Assembly (NCBI RefSeq): GCF_963506605.1
Contig: NC_083288.1
Location: 29,946,001-30,010,000, forward strand
Direction: 5' to 3'
Source of the DNA: Zootoca vivipara
Lineage: Eukaryota
Length of the DNA: 64,000 nucleotides
Shown: positions 36,949 to 48,043 of the stretch, piece after piece
Numbering within the stretch: position 1 is the stretch's first letter
Layout of the letters: each line of letters opens with the position of its first letter
Notes under the pieces: generated by a model
Database searches by the model: none
The model's input: the letters and a program-made list of their open reading frames with translations, nothing else
What the model was told of the DNA's origin: nothing
Made by a program: the position numbers and the translations under genes

Positions 36949-39369
36949 TGGGTTGCACCTGTTTTTCCAAACTGAAATTGTTTTAAGTGATTTTAACATG
37001 GCATTTTTATAGTGTTGTATACTACCCTGGGACCTTTGATGATGATGATGATGATGATGGTGATGGTGATGATGATAATGATGATGCACTTTCATACAGT
37101 AGGTTAGCATCCTCATGAGTGGCTTAGAACAAGACTTTCTCAGCTTCTGCCCACCATAGTCTCTCCTCTGCTTTGATGAGACCTTTGACATCTGGGTCAT
37201 GTGCTATTCCAACAGCAATTACACCCCAACAACAACCTGAGCCTAGACAAATCCCTGGAATACATTCACTTTTTGGAAAATATAGTTCAACAACATACTG
37301 GAGATAGTATAAGGGACCCTCCCCTTATATAGGAAACCTACTGACTTATATAGGTGCTTCATCTTGATTTCACTTGTACTTCACAGCTGATAGTACTCAC
37401 ACATTTCCCTGAGGAAACCTGTGCTTTCACCAACATTTCTCTGATGAAAATTGGGACACCCACTCCGTAATGATGATTTTAATATTCATATTTATCCTAC
37501 TGGGTGGCCCCAACACTCTGGGCAGTTTCCCACTGCCCAGGTGTTCACCCGAGGCTGACTTATGGTTGGTGCCCAGGGTCAGCACTACCTGCAAGGGTGC
37601 AGGGAGCTAGTCGAACCAGAGCCTATGCAACCATTCACTTGATTGTAATCAATAAAGTTGTGGCCTAAATTCTGCAAAAACCAAACCAAAAAATTGAGTC
37701 TTGTCTGAATTTATTTAGGGGGTGTGTGTGGTTAAAAGGTCTGCACACTCAAACATTTCACAAATGAAAAGGGGACACCCTACCATACCCTCCAACACTT
37801 CTCCAATGAAAATAGGGACACCATAAGGACAAGTGAGACATTCCAGGATCAAATCAGAGACTGGGACGGCTTCTCTAAATCAGGGGCATCCCTGGAAAAT
37901 AGGGACACTTGGAGGGTCTGCTTTCCAAGACCAGCACCCCAACCTAAAACCAACAACAACAGGCCACAGTACAGTGATATAGACACAGGATATAGGCCAT
38001 GTGGTCAATCAAGATGCCAACTCTCCCCATGGCTATTCAGGCAATGTTTTTACATGCTCTAAACATGTTATCCACAATTTGTGCTGTGTCAAAGCCTGCT
38101 TTCTCCCCTCTCTACACCCCCCCCCCCAAGTTGGGCTATCTATTCTATTCTATTCTAGGTTTTTCCCCCCCTCTCTCTCCAGATATATCTCAGCTACCTC
38201 ATTCTGTTCATTATGTGTCTTCAGCCTGTCCTGAGCATCTGAGGAAAAAGTAAAAGATGGGAGAAACTGTGCTTGCAAGATGAATGGGCAAAGAGACAAG
38301 AGAATGGAGATGGGGATGATGAGAAGAAAGGGGGTGGGAATAAGAAAGTATTTACTTTCCCTCATACATATTATCAGTGCTTTTTTAAAGGAAAAAATGG
38401 TACTGGTACTCACCCTGAAGTTGATAAAGTAAGTGCCCCACTTTAAACATGGGGGGGAAGCTTTCAGGACTGCATGTCCTTGAGTACCCCCATAAAAATG
38501 TGTGTGTATTATCAACAGGAGATGCAATTTGTCTTCCAGTGAAGTGGATCAGTGAAGTGTTTGCATTTGTCTCATCATTGCATCACTCCCATCCTTCATT
38601 TGAATCAAGACTCTGTGTCTTTCAGTGTAGCTTTTCAGTTTTTCAGTTGTGGAAAGGAATTTATATGTCTGTCATTGGTCTCTTGGAGATGTGTTTCCAG
38701 GAGCTCAGTGCAGCTAATCAGAAAAGTTTGTTGATACTTCTTCTTTTGCCTTTGTTATCATTTCCCTTACCTTTGATAATTGGCACTGATAAGCTAATGG
38801 GACTGTTCGACTCATGGAAGCTAGAGCAGTGTCTGTAATTCATTCTCATATCTTCAGGTCCAGGTTCAGACTCAAGAGTACAGGGATTCTATGCCAGCAA
38901 GGAGCTGCTCCATATTACGAAATGCCTTTGAGACAGTAGCTATCTCCTCAAGAGAATAGAGGATGGCACTGAGGCCCACTGACACGCGCTTGCAAAGGAT
39001 TTTGCAGACAGCACTGCTAAGATCCATTCTGGTTGTATTCTGGGTTTTCAGTAACAATTCTGGAGGAGGCTAGGTTTTCTGGTTTATTTTGTTGCATATA
39101 GCTATACTACCTTTCTGCTGAGGCACCCAAGACCATTTACAATTTTAAAATGATAAAATGCTATAAAATACAACTGGTGGATTGGGGTGGTAGTAGAGGA
39201 CAGTTCAACTGAAGCAGAACCTGGAATTGCTTGCCTGCGTATATCACTCTGTTCTCATTTCTCACAGGGCAGATGGTGTCCTTTAGCATTAAGAGGGGGT
39301 CATTCTGATAGAAAGATGCCCGGATGTTGTCTTTCCCTGCCCCCTCACTCTCTTCTTGAATACCTTCTA

Positions 39370-40019
39370 CAGTCATGCCTCATGTTACGTCCGCTGCGGG
39401 TTATGCCTTTTCGGGTTGCGTTCCGCGCTGAACCCGGAAGTACTGGAACGGGTTACTTACAGGTTCGGTGCACACACCTTACCTTCCAAGTCCTAGACTG
39501 CAGAATCAGGGACCGGCAGCCGTGTGACACTGGAAGTTATGTCGACGTAACTTCTGGTGTCACTTTGCCCTTTTATGGGCACCCAAAATGGCCACCGCCG
39601 GCTTCGAAAGTCGCTTCCACACATGTCAGGAAGTGCGTCGACGCAACTTCTGTTGTCGCTCTGCCCATCTACGGGCAACAAAAATGGCCGCCGTCGACAC
39701 CGGAAGTAGCGTCTATGCACTTCCGGGCATGCGTAGATGCGACTTTTGAAGCCGGCGGCGGCCATTTTTGGTGCCCATAGAAGGGCAAATCAGAAAGAAA
39801 AAAAATGGCTGCCGGCAGGAGAAAATAACGGAGAAAACGGGAGATGAAGTGATACGGGGGACCACCGGGAAAAGGTAAGTAAAAACGGGGGGTTTCCCGG
39901 GGAAAACGGGGTACTTGGCAGCTATGGCTCACACATGCGCAGAAGCGCTAAATCATGCTTTGCAGAAGCACCGAATCACAACCCGCAGATGCACAGATAC
40001 AGGTTGCGAATGTCCACTG
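39370..40019. mobile_element. Tc1/mariner MITE carrying a nested hAT element
   Basis: TA|CAGTCATGCCTC...TCCACTG|TA. Confidence 0.65.
39478..39926. mobile_element. Nested hAT-type MITE with internal palindromic repeats
   Basis: CTTACCTTCCAAGT...ACTTGGCAGCTATG termini; 8-bp TSD GCACACAC / GCTCACAC. Confidence 0.75.
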
Positions 40020-40150
40020 TACTGGAATTTGTTGACCTTGAAATGTGGATAGGCTCTTGGGAGAAGTGTAGCTAATTGCTTGTATTCTCATCCGGGTCAT
40101 TGAAATCAGGGTGTTTAGACTTCTACACTTGGGCTAGCAAAGTCATAAAC

Positions 40151-40286
40151 CAGGTATCCCCAAATTTTGGCCCTCCAGATGTTTTGGACTACAATTCCCA
40201 TCATCCCTGACCACTGGTCCTGTTAGCTAGGGATCATGGGAGTTGTAGGCCAAAACATCTGGAGGGCCGCAGTTGGGGGATGCCTG
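40151..40286. mobile_element. hAT MITE (URR1-like)
   Basis: Palindromic CCCTCCAGATGTTTTGG/CCAAAACATCTGGAGGG; 8-bp TSD TCATAAAC. Confidence 0.9.
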
Positions 40287-41492
40287 TCATAAACACTTAT
40301 CTCAGGGGAAGTACTAAATGAGGTGATAATATGGCCTCTTTTGAAAACAAAAACAGAATTGGACTCCTACAATTTGAAGAACTGTCATTTTGTGTCCAAC
40401 ATCCCCTTTTTGTACAAGTTGTGTGAACAAGTGGTTTGTTTGGGATTGTTTTTTTTTTACACAGTTCCAAGTGTTTCTGTATGAAACTGATAATTGAGAT
40501 CTTTTCCATTCTGGTTTCTGGCCAGGCTTCAGCATGGAAACTGCTTTGGGCCAGGAGCTGGAAGGGGAAATGTAGTCCCATTGGTTTTCCTGGATTGTCA
40601 GCCATGGATCATCCTGAGGGAATGGAAGTTAGGGGGTCACTTCATTGAGATGGCTCCCATCATTTCTGACAGATAGGATTCAGAAGTACATGGAGGTAGG
40701 TAAACGGTGGTCAAAGGTTCTAGCCCCACCCCCTTTCTTTAAAAGTCCCATCCGAGCAGCAGTGAACCACTTCCCAACGTGCAAATTAAATGCCAAATTG
40801 TTAGCAGCTTTTGTCAACATCAGGCCAGCTGGGGTGCCTTTTACTTTAACCCAATTATCCAAAATAAAAGGGGATCCCACAGTGAACTAGATAGCTGATC
40901 AAGTCTTTATTCAAAATGGAGTCATGGCATAACACAGCACCCTGTCCCTCCATTCTTGGTGAAGTCTTCCAACTGACAGCAACTGTGGGTTCACGGCACC
41001 CCCTCAAATTCATTGGGGGGATTAAGAGGGAAACTAGCCTCTGCTATCATCCATTATCTTTAATTTGAGCCCCCAACCTTCAGCACCTGGGGGAGCAATT
41101 ATTCAGGTTCATGGCCAAAAACAGCAACCTGTTTTTAATTCTCTTTATTGTTTATGTTCTTGTGAAATTAACTTTGAGATATTTATGGAAAGTGATTCAT
41201 AAATGTAATTAAATAAATGAACAAATGCATACGAACACATATGGTGTTTCTGAATGGCAATAGAAAATGTAAACCAACCTTGTTTACAAATAAACAAGCC
41301 TTTTCAGTGGTGCTGAAACAATATAAGTATGGTGAAAGATTAGCTTTTCTGGGGAAAGTATTTAAACCAAGAAGTGTGACAAGCATGGAAGCTTCCTCAC
41401 ACCAAACACCACATAACTGTTGTCTGACGGAAGAGCACTTCATTTGAAGGCATGTGTAATAGGAAGTGGTATTTCAGTTAGTCAGATCCAGA

Positions 41493-41881
41493 CATGGGCG
41501 TACCCAGGATCAAAACTAGGGGGGGGGGCAAGGGGAGGGGCCAAGGCACGGAAGGGGAGGGGCCACAAAGTGGGCGGGAACGGCGAACTCGCGCTCCGCT
41601 GGGCTGTGCCCCTCCCTAGCAGCAGGGCTGGTGGGCGGAGGCGGAGCCCAGCCCAGCGGAGCGCGAGTTCGGCGTTCCCGCCCACTGCGCCGCGCTCCCT
41701 GGTTCCCCGCCGCGCTTGGCCTTGCCTGAGGGCGCGCCGGGGAGCTGGAGGGAGGGTGCGGCGCGGCGCGGCGGGAATGGTGAACTCGCGCTCCGCCGGG
41801 CTGTGCTCCGCCTCTGCCCACCAGCCCTGCTTCTAGAGTAGGGCAGCTGCCCTAACTTGCCCCATGGTGGGTACGCCCTTG
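41493..41881. mobile_element. GC-rich hAT MITE; a second, older hAT-like piece probably follows to ~42171
   Basis: TIRs CATGGGCGTACCCA / TGGGTACGCCCTTG; 8-bp TSD GATCCAGA; internal inverted repeats. Confidence 0.85.
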
Positions 41882-42255
41882 GATCCAGACACACTGGGTA
41901 TCGGGTGCAGAGGGGGCTTCAGCTCCCCCAATATTTTTCAGCAGGGGGCAGTGCCCCACAATATTGGGGGGCTGCCACCAACCTCTTTCGCCACCGCAAA
42001 CCTCCTCTCGGCAGCCTGGGAGCCCAGGAGCTGGGCAGCAGCTGGGACAAAAAAACACAAAGATCGCCCTCCGTGCATCCTGCCGCCCCCAGGGTATGCT
42101 GGGTGGAGTCACGACATGTGATGCATCATGTGACCTACCCCCCCCCCCATGGGGAGCAAGTCTGCACCCTGGTCAGATTCCTAGCTCTTTTGGGCCTTAT
42201 TTTAAGAATTGTAGGAATTTAAATCCTAGGACTTCTGCCCTGAAACACAAAGGAC

Positions 42256-42256
<1 letters not shown>

Positions 42257-42321
<65 letters not shown>
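42257..42321. repeat. (CTTT)n microsatellite
   Basis: Direct reading. Other microsatellites: (GAAA)n ~49830-49887, (CA)n 36906-36946 and 46890-46940, (GAT)n ~23620 and ~37040, (TATC)n ~50950. Confidence 0.95.
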
Positions 42322-42322
<1 letters not shown>

Positions 42323-42804
42323 ATTATGAAATAATTATAAGTCCATACCTTTTTTAAAACAAAAACAAATCCAGCATTGCTACTACAGAACATATACTAT
42401 TAAGAAGATATCTACTTGCTGTAAATGGAACAGAATATTTCTACTCCATGTCAATTTTGCATATACACAATCATTTATTCATCAAACCACTCACTTTTAA
42501 TTTCTTTCTTTTTTATACTAAAATCCTATTAAAATGTATGTTCATTCACCTGAGGTATGCATTTTCCCCAAAAATATGTATTTTGTTTATATAAATTGTC
42601 TCTCATGCTATTCACATTTTCATTAAAACAAATATATTATTGAAAAATTATTTGACCTGCCACTACATTGCAAAAACTGGATAAATGCACAATCTCACTG
42701 AGAGTCGTGTTCCAATCAATTAAAAAGTCAGGGACCGACAAATTATGGTGGTTGACGTTAAAATGCAAACCAAAATAATTTATTCTCCATCCTTAATGCC
42801 CATA

Positions 42805-43761
42805 TCAAAATACACTAGATTGCAAAATGATTTTCATTTGATGCTTGGAACATAGTTTCCATCCAAAATGTTTTGACAGTGCAGATCTGATCTCTTGATT
42901 TCTCATGCTATAAATCACTGGATTCATCATGGGTGGCAACATAGAATATAGCACAGAAATCATCATGACCAGATCTTTGGGGGCATTTTGAGTTGGGCAC
43001 AAATAGCCAAGGGTGCCAGTGCAGATAAATAAGGAGACAACAATGAGGTGGGGCAAGCAGGTAGATAGGGCTTTCTTCTTCCCTTGCACTGAGGGGATTC
43101 TTAGCACGTTGGTGAAAATCTGAACATAAGAAAAGATTATGAAGATAAAGCAACCGAAAGCTTCACAGGCTGCAAATACATTGATCCCAACTTCTGCCAT
43201 ATAATTGTCATTACAGGAGAGCTTCAGCAATTGTGGGATTTCACAAAAAAACTGGTTGACAACATTGGAGCAGAAAGTAATGGAAAATGTGCCACCAGTG
43301 TGTAACATAGCATTGAAAAGGCCAGTCATCCATGCACTTGCTGCCATTTGGATGCAAGCTCTCATGTTCATCACTGTCTCATATCGTAGTGGATTGCAGA
43401 TGGCAATGTATCGATCATAAGCCATGACTGTGAGGAGGCCCAGGTCAGTCACTGCAAAGAAGATGAGGAAAAAGACTTGGGAAACACATTCTGGATATGA
43501 AATCAACCTGGTGTTCATGAGGGAGTTGCTCATGGCTTTGGGGACATTGATGGAGATGTTGCCAATGTCTGCGATGGATAAATTCATCAAGAAAAAGTAC
43601 ATAGGCGTGTGAAGTTGACGGTTGAGGGTTATGAGTATGATTATGAGTAGATTTCCCACGACAGTAGCCAAATAAATCAAAAGAAACATCACAAAGTGTA
43701 AAATTTGGAGCTCTCGGAAATCAGAGAATCCCAGAAGAAGAAAACTGGTCTCATTTGACAT
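42805..43761 (-). CDS. Olfactory receptor, OR14-like (OR-E, 318 aa)
   Basis: NET, LHTPMYFFL, MAYDRYIAICNPLRY, KALSTCLPHL, PMMNPVIYSMRN; acceptor-like TCCTTCTTCCCACAG just upstream. Confidence 0.96.
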   Translation of the reverse strand: MSNETSFLLLGFSDFRELQILHFVMFLLIYLATVVGNLLIIILITLNRQLHTPMYFFLMNLSIADIGNISINVPKAMSNSLMNTRLISYPECVSQVFFLIFFAVTDLGLLTVMAYDRYIAICNPLRYETVMNMRACIQMAASAWMTGLFNAMLHTGGTFSITFCSNVVNQFFCEIPQLLKLSCNDNYMAEVGINVFAACEAFGCFIFIIFSYVQIFTNVLRIPSVQGKKKALSTCLPHLIVVSLFICTGTLGYLCPTQNAPKDLVMMISVLYSMLPPMMNPVIYSMRNQEIRSALSKHFGWKLCSKHQMKIILQSSVF

Positions 43762-44179
43762 TATCTACCCTGTGGGAAGAAGGAGAGATATAATTTGGAG
43801 GTGCCTAATCCTTGATATAAGATCTCTGCTGGATGAAACCAAAATCTTATGCAGTCCAACTCATTTTTTTCTTTAGTAGCCCACCAGATGTCTCTCTGAA
43901 GTCCATAAGCAGTAAACAAGGGCAAAAGCCTTCTTCCACATTTGCTGCTCCCCAAACTGGGATCATATGCAGCTAGGAATATAGAAAGCTGAGTAACACC
44001 CCCGATCTATCTCAATCAATATTGTTTACATTGGCTGACATGATTCAGAGCAGAATCTTCTCTAGCCCTACCTAAATTATTGTTATCCATTCATCATTGG
44101 CCCATGAAATAAGGACATTCATGGGCAGTTGGCCCATGAAAAGTCATATTTTGGTATCACAGTGAATCAAATTAACCAT

Positions 44180-44846
44180 TAGGGTGATGACTTTTTCATT
44201 TTTTCCTCAAAAATTATTTCCTGTAGCACAAATGGATGAAATTTTGCCTATTAATGACTAAAATGAGGTATATTCCATTAAAATATTAAAAAAGGTTACA
44301 CACAAACCGGTTTTAATTTTTTGTATGCTGTTTTACCATTTCATAAAATTGTATTAACAATTCAATACATATTTCGTATCAAATTTGGACACAACACCAC
44401 ATTCCACAATGGGGAGTGTTCTTAGCAACATAGGGTATACAAACGTCACACCTGCACAAGGTAAAAGCCCCTTTTTGGGTCCTTAAAACTCAGCCAGCAG
44501 ACCCTGCCGGACATGCTGGGAAAAGAACCTACAGGAGAGGTAGCAAAACATCATCCTCTAGTGGCGTCTATACTGTTACTGTAGATAAAAAAACCTTCCT
44601 TGTGTGTTTGATGACCCTATATAATGTTGTATATATGTAACTCTAAAGCTTGGGTTCAATTTTATATCTGCTTACAGTGACTTCAAAAATGGTCAAAAAA
44701 CTGATAAATAATTTTTTTAATCATTTTGTGCGCGAGGTTTTTTTTTTAATCAAATCTCTTTGAAAGTAAGATTTCATCTAATCTTTAATGAAAGCTCATC
44801 AAATTATGATACAGGGAAATGAGGTTATAAAAAAGTCATCACCCTA
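44180..44846. mobile_element. hAT MITE, 667 bp, about 420 bp upstream of OR-E
   Basis: Perfect 17-bp TIR TAGGGTGATGACTTTTT; perfect 8-bp TSD TTAACCAT. Confidence 0.93.
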
Positions 44847-45543
44847 TTAACCATCTTCTCAATATATTTTCAAATGCTCTTAGGTAATGGTCAGTTCAGA
44901 CCCTTTGTCACAATTGATCTGTTCCTCCCCAGTACCATTCTGTGCAAGAAGGGTGGGGGGAGGGGAGAAAAGGGGCTGCAGAAGGAAAGAGTGGGTGGCC
45001 CCATGTAATTTTGGCTCTCACTCTGTCCTCCACTGGCATAGTCTCCAACCATTGCTAGCATCCAGCATCTTCTTTATGTTACCCCAAGGGAACATAAAAA
45101 TAAGGGGAAAATGTTTTTCACTCTCCTGCCATAAAGCAAAAGGAAAGACATGTAGAAATTCCTTAATTCTTAGATCAGGACAGTAGCTCCATGTTGTACA
45201 AGAACCATGAAGTCATAAAAAGAATTGAAAATTATTATTTTTTTAAATCAAGAGTATGTATCTGCTTCTAATTGTCAATGTGGGAAATGTGTCATTAATC
45301 ACCAGTAGGTTTACCAATGCCCTGCATATTCATCACCCCTTAGTACTGAACAGGTTGCTCTCCATCACCCAGAATGAAAAAACAAAACAGTGAATGGTTT
45401 GAAGTAATTCCTGCCAGTTTAGTACTTTTAATGTCTTAACTGCAGCATCATAGAGTTCAAAGGGGTTTTGTAGGCAATCTAGTCCACCCATTTAGAGGAG
45501 GAAATTCACAGCTAGTGCATTCCTAATACGTACCGCTATGAGC

Positions 45544-45765
45544 TTCAGATTTGAAATATACACCTACTTGACTCTTCTTCCCCTGATTCTAGTTTTCAAG
45601 TCTGCCAAGGAGGTGTATATGTGTGCATGTGATTTGAAGCTGTTTTGATTGTTGCAACATTTCTTTCTTTCTTTTTTCCGTTTCTGAGCACTTGAGAAAC
45701 TTGTTGCCTTGGGACCACTATGTCTCAGCGTGCAAGATCAGCTGGGAAATTATCTTTTATATGTT
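45544..45765 (-). promoter_or_regulatory. Candidate OR-E promoter or 5' exon block (paralogous block at 49289-49505 upstream of OR-F)
   Basis: Alignable island shared upstream of OR-E and OR-F while the neighbouring DNA is not alignable by eye. It retains TAATTTCCCAGC and GTCCC(A/C)AGG (homeodomain- and O/E-like) on the minus strand. Confidence 0.45.
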
Positions 45766-46567
45766 GAGAAAATAAGTGCTTTTAATTTATTATAATTCTG
45801 TTAATTCTATTCCTGTTAAGTGGTTCAAATCTGTAGGAAAGACAAATTAACCATTTAAAATACTCTGAAGAGCAGCTCAATTGGTTTGCAGCAATGTTGA
45901 GAGGTTATGCCATTGTCCATTTCCCACCCACCCTCTTCCTTTCTGCATTGAGGTTTTCTAGCATTCTCTCCCTGCCACCTGTCTTTGACTCTCTCCTCCT
46001 CCTCCCATTTTGGGGCAAGCCCACTTCCAGGCAGGCAAAGAGCTTCCACCACAGCCTAGACTTGTAGCAGTTACCCCACTGCCTGTATATGAGAGCATGC
46101 AGTGGGAAAGGGTACAGCATCTTTTTTTTAAAAAAAAAAGTATTGATATTCCAGGGCCACAAAAGCTGCATTTGCTCAATTTTTGCAATTGGGGATAGGG
46201 CAGGGGAGGATGAGATGGCAACCCTGCTCATGTGCACGATACTGTAGGGCAAATGATCCAAATTTTATTTCGAAAAAATTATACACTATTTGTTTGTTTT
46301 AAAAAATCAAATCAGTTTACAAAAGAATAAATACTGTAAAATTATTGGCAAAAACAGTTAAAAACAATTGTTTAAACGTTCAAAAAGAATAGAATCAGCA
46401 ATAAACTAAAAACAGATTGAAATACACATTAACATTCTAGATATCTGGGAAGGTTTGCTTAAACAAAAATGCTTACAGCAGGTGCCAAATTGAGTGCAGT
46501 GAAGGCACATAATCCACAGCATGTCTTTCGGATTGTGCATAGCGCAGCTGAATGTTGTACATTTCCT

Positions 46568-46748
46568 GTTGTTGTTGTTGTTTAGTCGTTTAGTCGTGTC
46601 CGACTCGTCGTGACCCCATGGACCATAGCACGCCAGGCACTCCTGTCTTGCACCGCCTCCCGCAGTTTGGTCAGACTCGTGTTGGTAGCTTTGAGAACAC
46701 TGTCCAACCATCTCGTCCTCTGTCGTCCCCTTCTCCTTGTGCCCCTGC
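46568..46748 (-). mobile_element. Bov-B (RTE) LINE 3' end
   Basis: (CAA)n tail; 10-bp TSD TACATTTCCT. Confidence 0.93.
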
Positions 46749-46887
46749 TACATTTCCTAGCAATACACAAATAATCTGTTTGGTATGCATGGTGTCAAAG
46801 AAACATGCCTTTTTCTGTAGTTCTTCTTCAGAAGTGGCGATCTTTGCTCCCTGGGCTGCTTCTGTCACACTGCCTAATGTTATCTGA

Positions 46888-46943
<56 letters not shown>

Positions 46944-47140
46944 GATGAGCAAAGAAGCAGAAATAATATATGATTGCACGAGGCTGGATAGACAAGTAGT
47001 CTGTCCCAGTTTAAGGCAACTTTAGGTATAGGTTATATAGATACAGTATGGGTATATTTCTCTTAGGAACTTAAGTTATGAAGCACTGTAGCACTAGATC
47101 ATAAAATGATGGTTGTCATCTGATGCTTGGAACATAGTTT

Positions 47141-48043
47141 TCATCCAAAAAGTTTTGACAGTGCGGATCTGATCTCTTGATTTCTCATGCTATAAATCAC
47201 TGGATTCATCATGGGTGGCAATATAGAATATAACACAGAAATCATCATGACCAGGTGTTTTGGGGCTTTTTGAGTTGGACACAAATAGGCAAAGGAGCCA
47301 GTGCAGATAAATAAGGAGACAACAATGAGGTGCGGCAAGCAAGTAGACAATGCTTTCTTCCTTCCCCGCACAGAAGGTATTCTGAGTACATTGGTGAAGA
47401 TCTGTACATATGAGTAAATTATAAAAATAAAGCAAGCTAAAGCTACACATTCAACAAATACAAGGACACCAACTTCTGTCATATAATTGTCATCACAGGA
47501 GAGTTTTAGCAATTGTGGGATTTCACAAAAAAACTGGTTGAGAACGTTGGAGCAGAAAGTAATGGAAAATGTGCCCCCAGTGTGTAACACTGCAAAGAAA
47601 AAACCAGTCACCCATGCACTTGCTGCCATTTGGATGCAAGCTCTCATGTTCATCACTGTCTCATATCGTAGTGGATTGCAGATGGCAACGTATCGATCAT
47701 AAGCCATGACTGTGAGGAGGCCCAGGTCAGTCACTGCAAAGAAGATGAGGAAAAAGACTTGGGAAACACATTCTGGATATGAAATCAACCTGGTGTTCAT
47801 GAGGGAGTTGCTCATGGCTTTGGGGACATTGACGGAGATGTTGCCAATGTCTGCGATGGATAAATTCATCAAGAAAAAGTACATAGGCGTGTGAAGTTGA
47901 CGGTTGAGGGTTATGAGTATGATTATGAGTAGATTTCCCACGACAGTAGCCAAATAAATCAAAAGAAACATCACAAAGTGTAAAATTTGGAGCTCCCGAA
48001 TATCAGAGAATCCCAGAAGAACAAAATTGGTGTCATTTGACAT
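47141..48043 (-). CDS. Olfactory receptor, OR14-like (OR-F, 300 aa; C-tail shortened)
   Basis: Complete 7TM OR motifs; the TGA stop aligns with TGG (Trp) of OR-E. Confidence 0.94.
   Translation of the reverse strand: MSNDTNFVLLGFSDIRELQILHFVMFLLIYLATVVGNLLIIILITLNRQLHTPMYFFLMNLSIADIGNISVNVPKAMSNSLMNTRLISYPECVSQVFFLIFFAVTDLGLLTVMAYDRYVAICNPLRYETVMNMRACIQMAASAWVTGFFFAVLHTGGTFSITFCSNVLNQFFCEIPQLLKLSCDDNYMTEVGVLVFVECVALACFIFIIYSYVQIFTNVLRIPSVRGRKKALSTCLPHLIVVSLFICTGSFAYLCPTQKAPKHLVMMISVLYSILPPMMNPVIYSMRNQEIRSALSKLFG

Larger units (their letters stand above)
26514..38532 (+). repeat. Copy 2 of the ~12 kb tandem segmental duplication
   Basis: Colinear with 14386-25638. Confidence 0.9.

Noticed and set aside
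39187-39932. 197-aa ORF and antisense ORFs
   Set aside because: They run through nested MITEs with palindromic repeats and show no protein motif.
41420-42329. Cluster of Arg/Gly/Pro-rich ORFs
   Set aside because: GC-rich hAT MITE sequence plus a (CTTT)n tract.
42908-43612. Short alternate-frame and antisense ORFs repeated at OR-E and OR-F
   Set aside because: They are shadows of the near-identical OR coding sequences.
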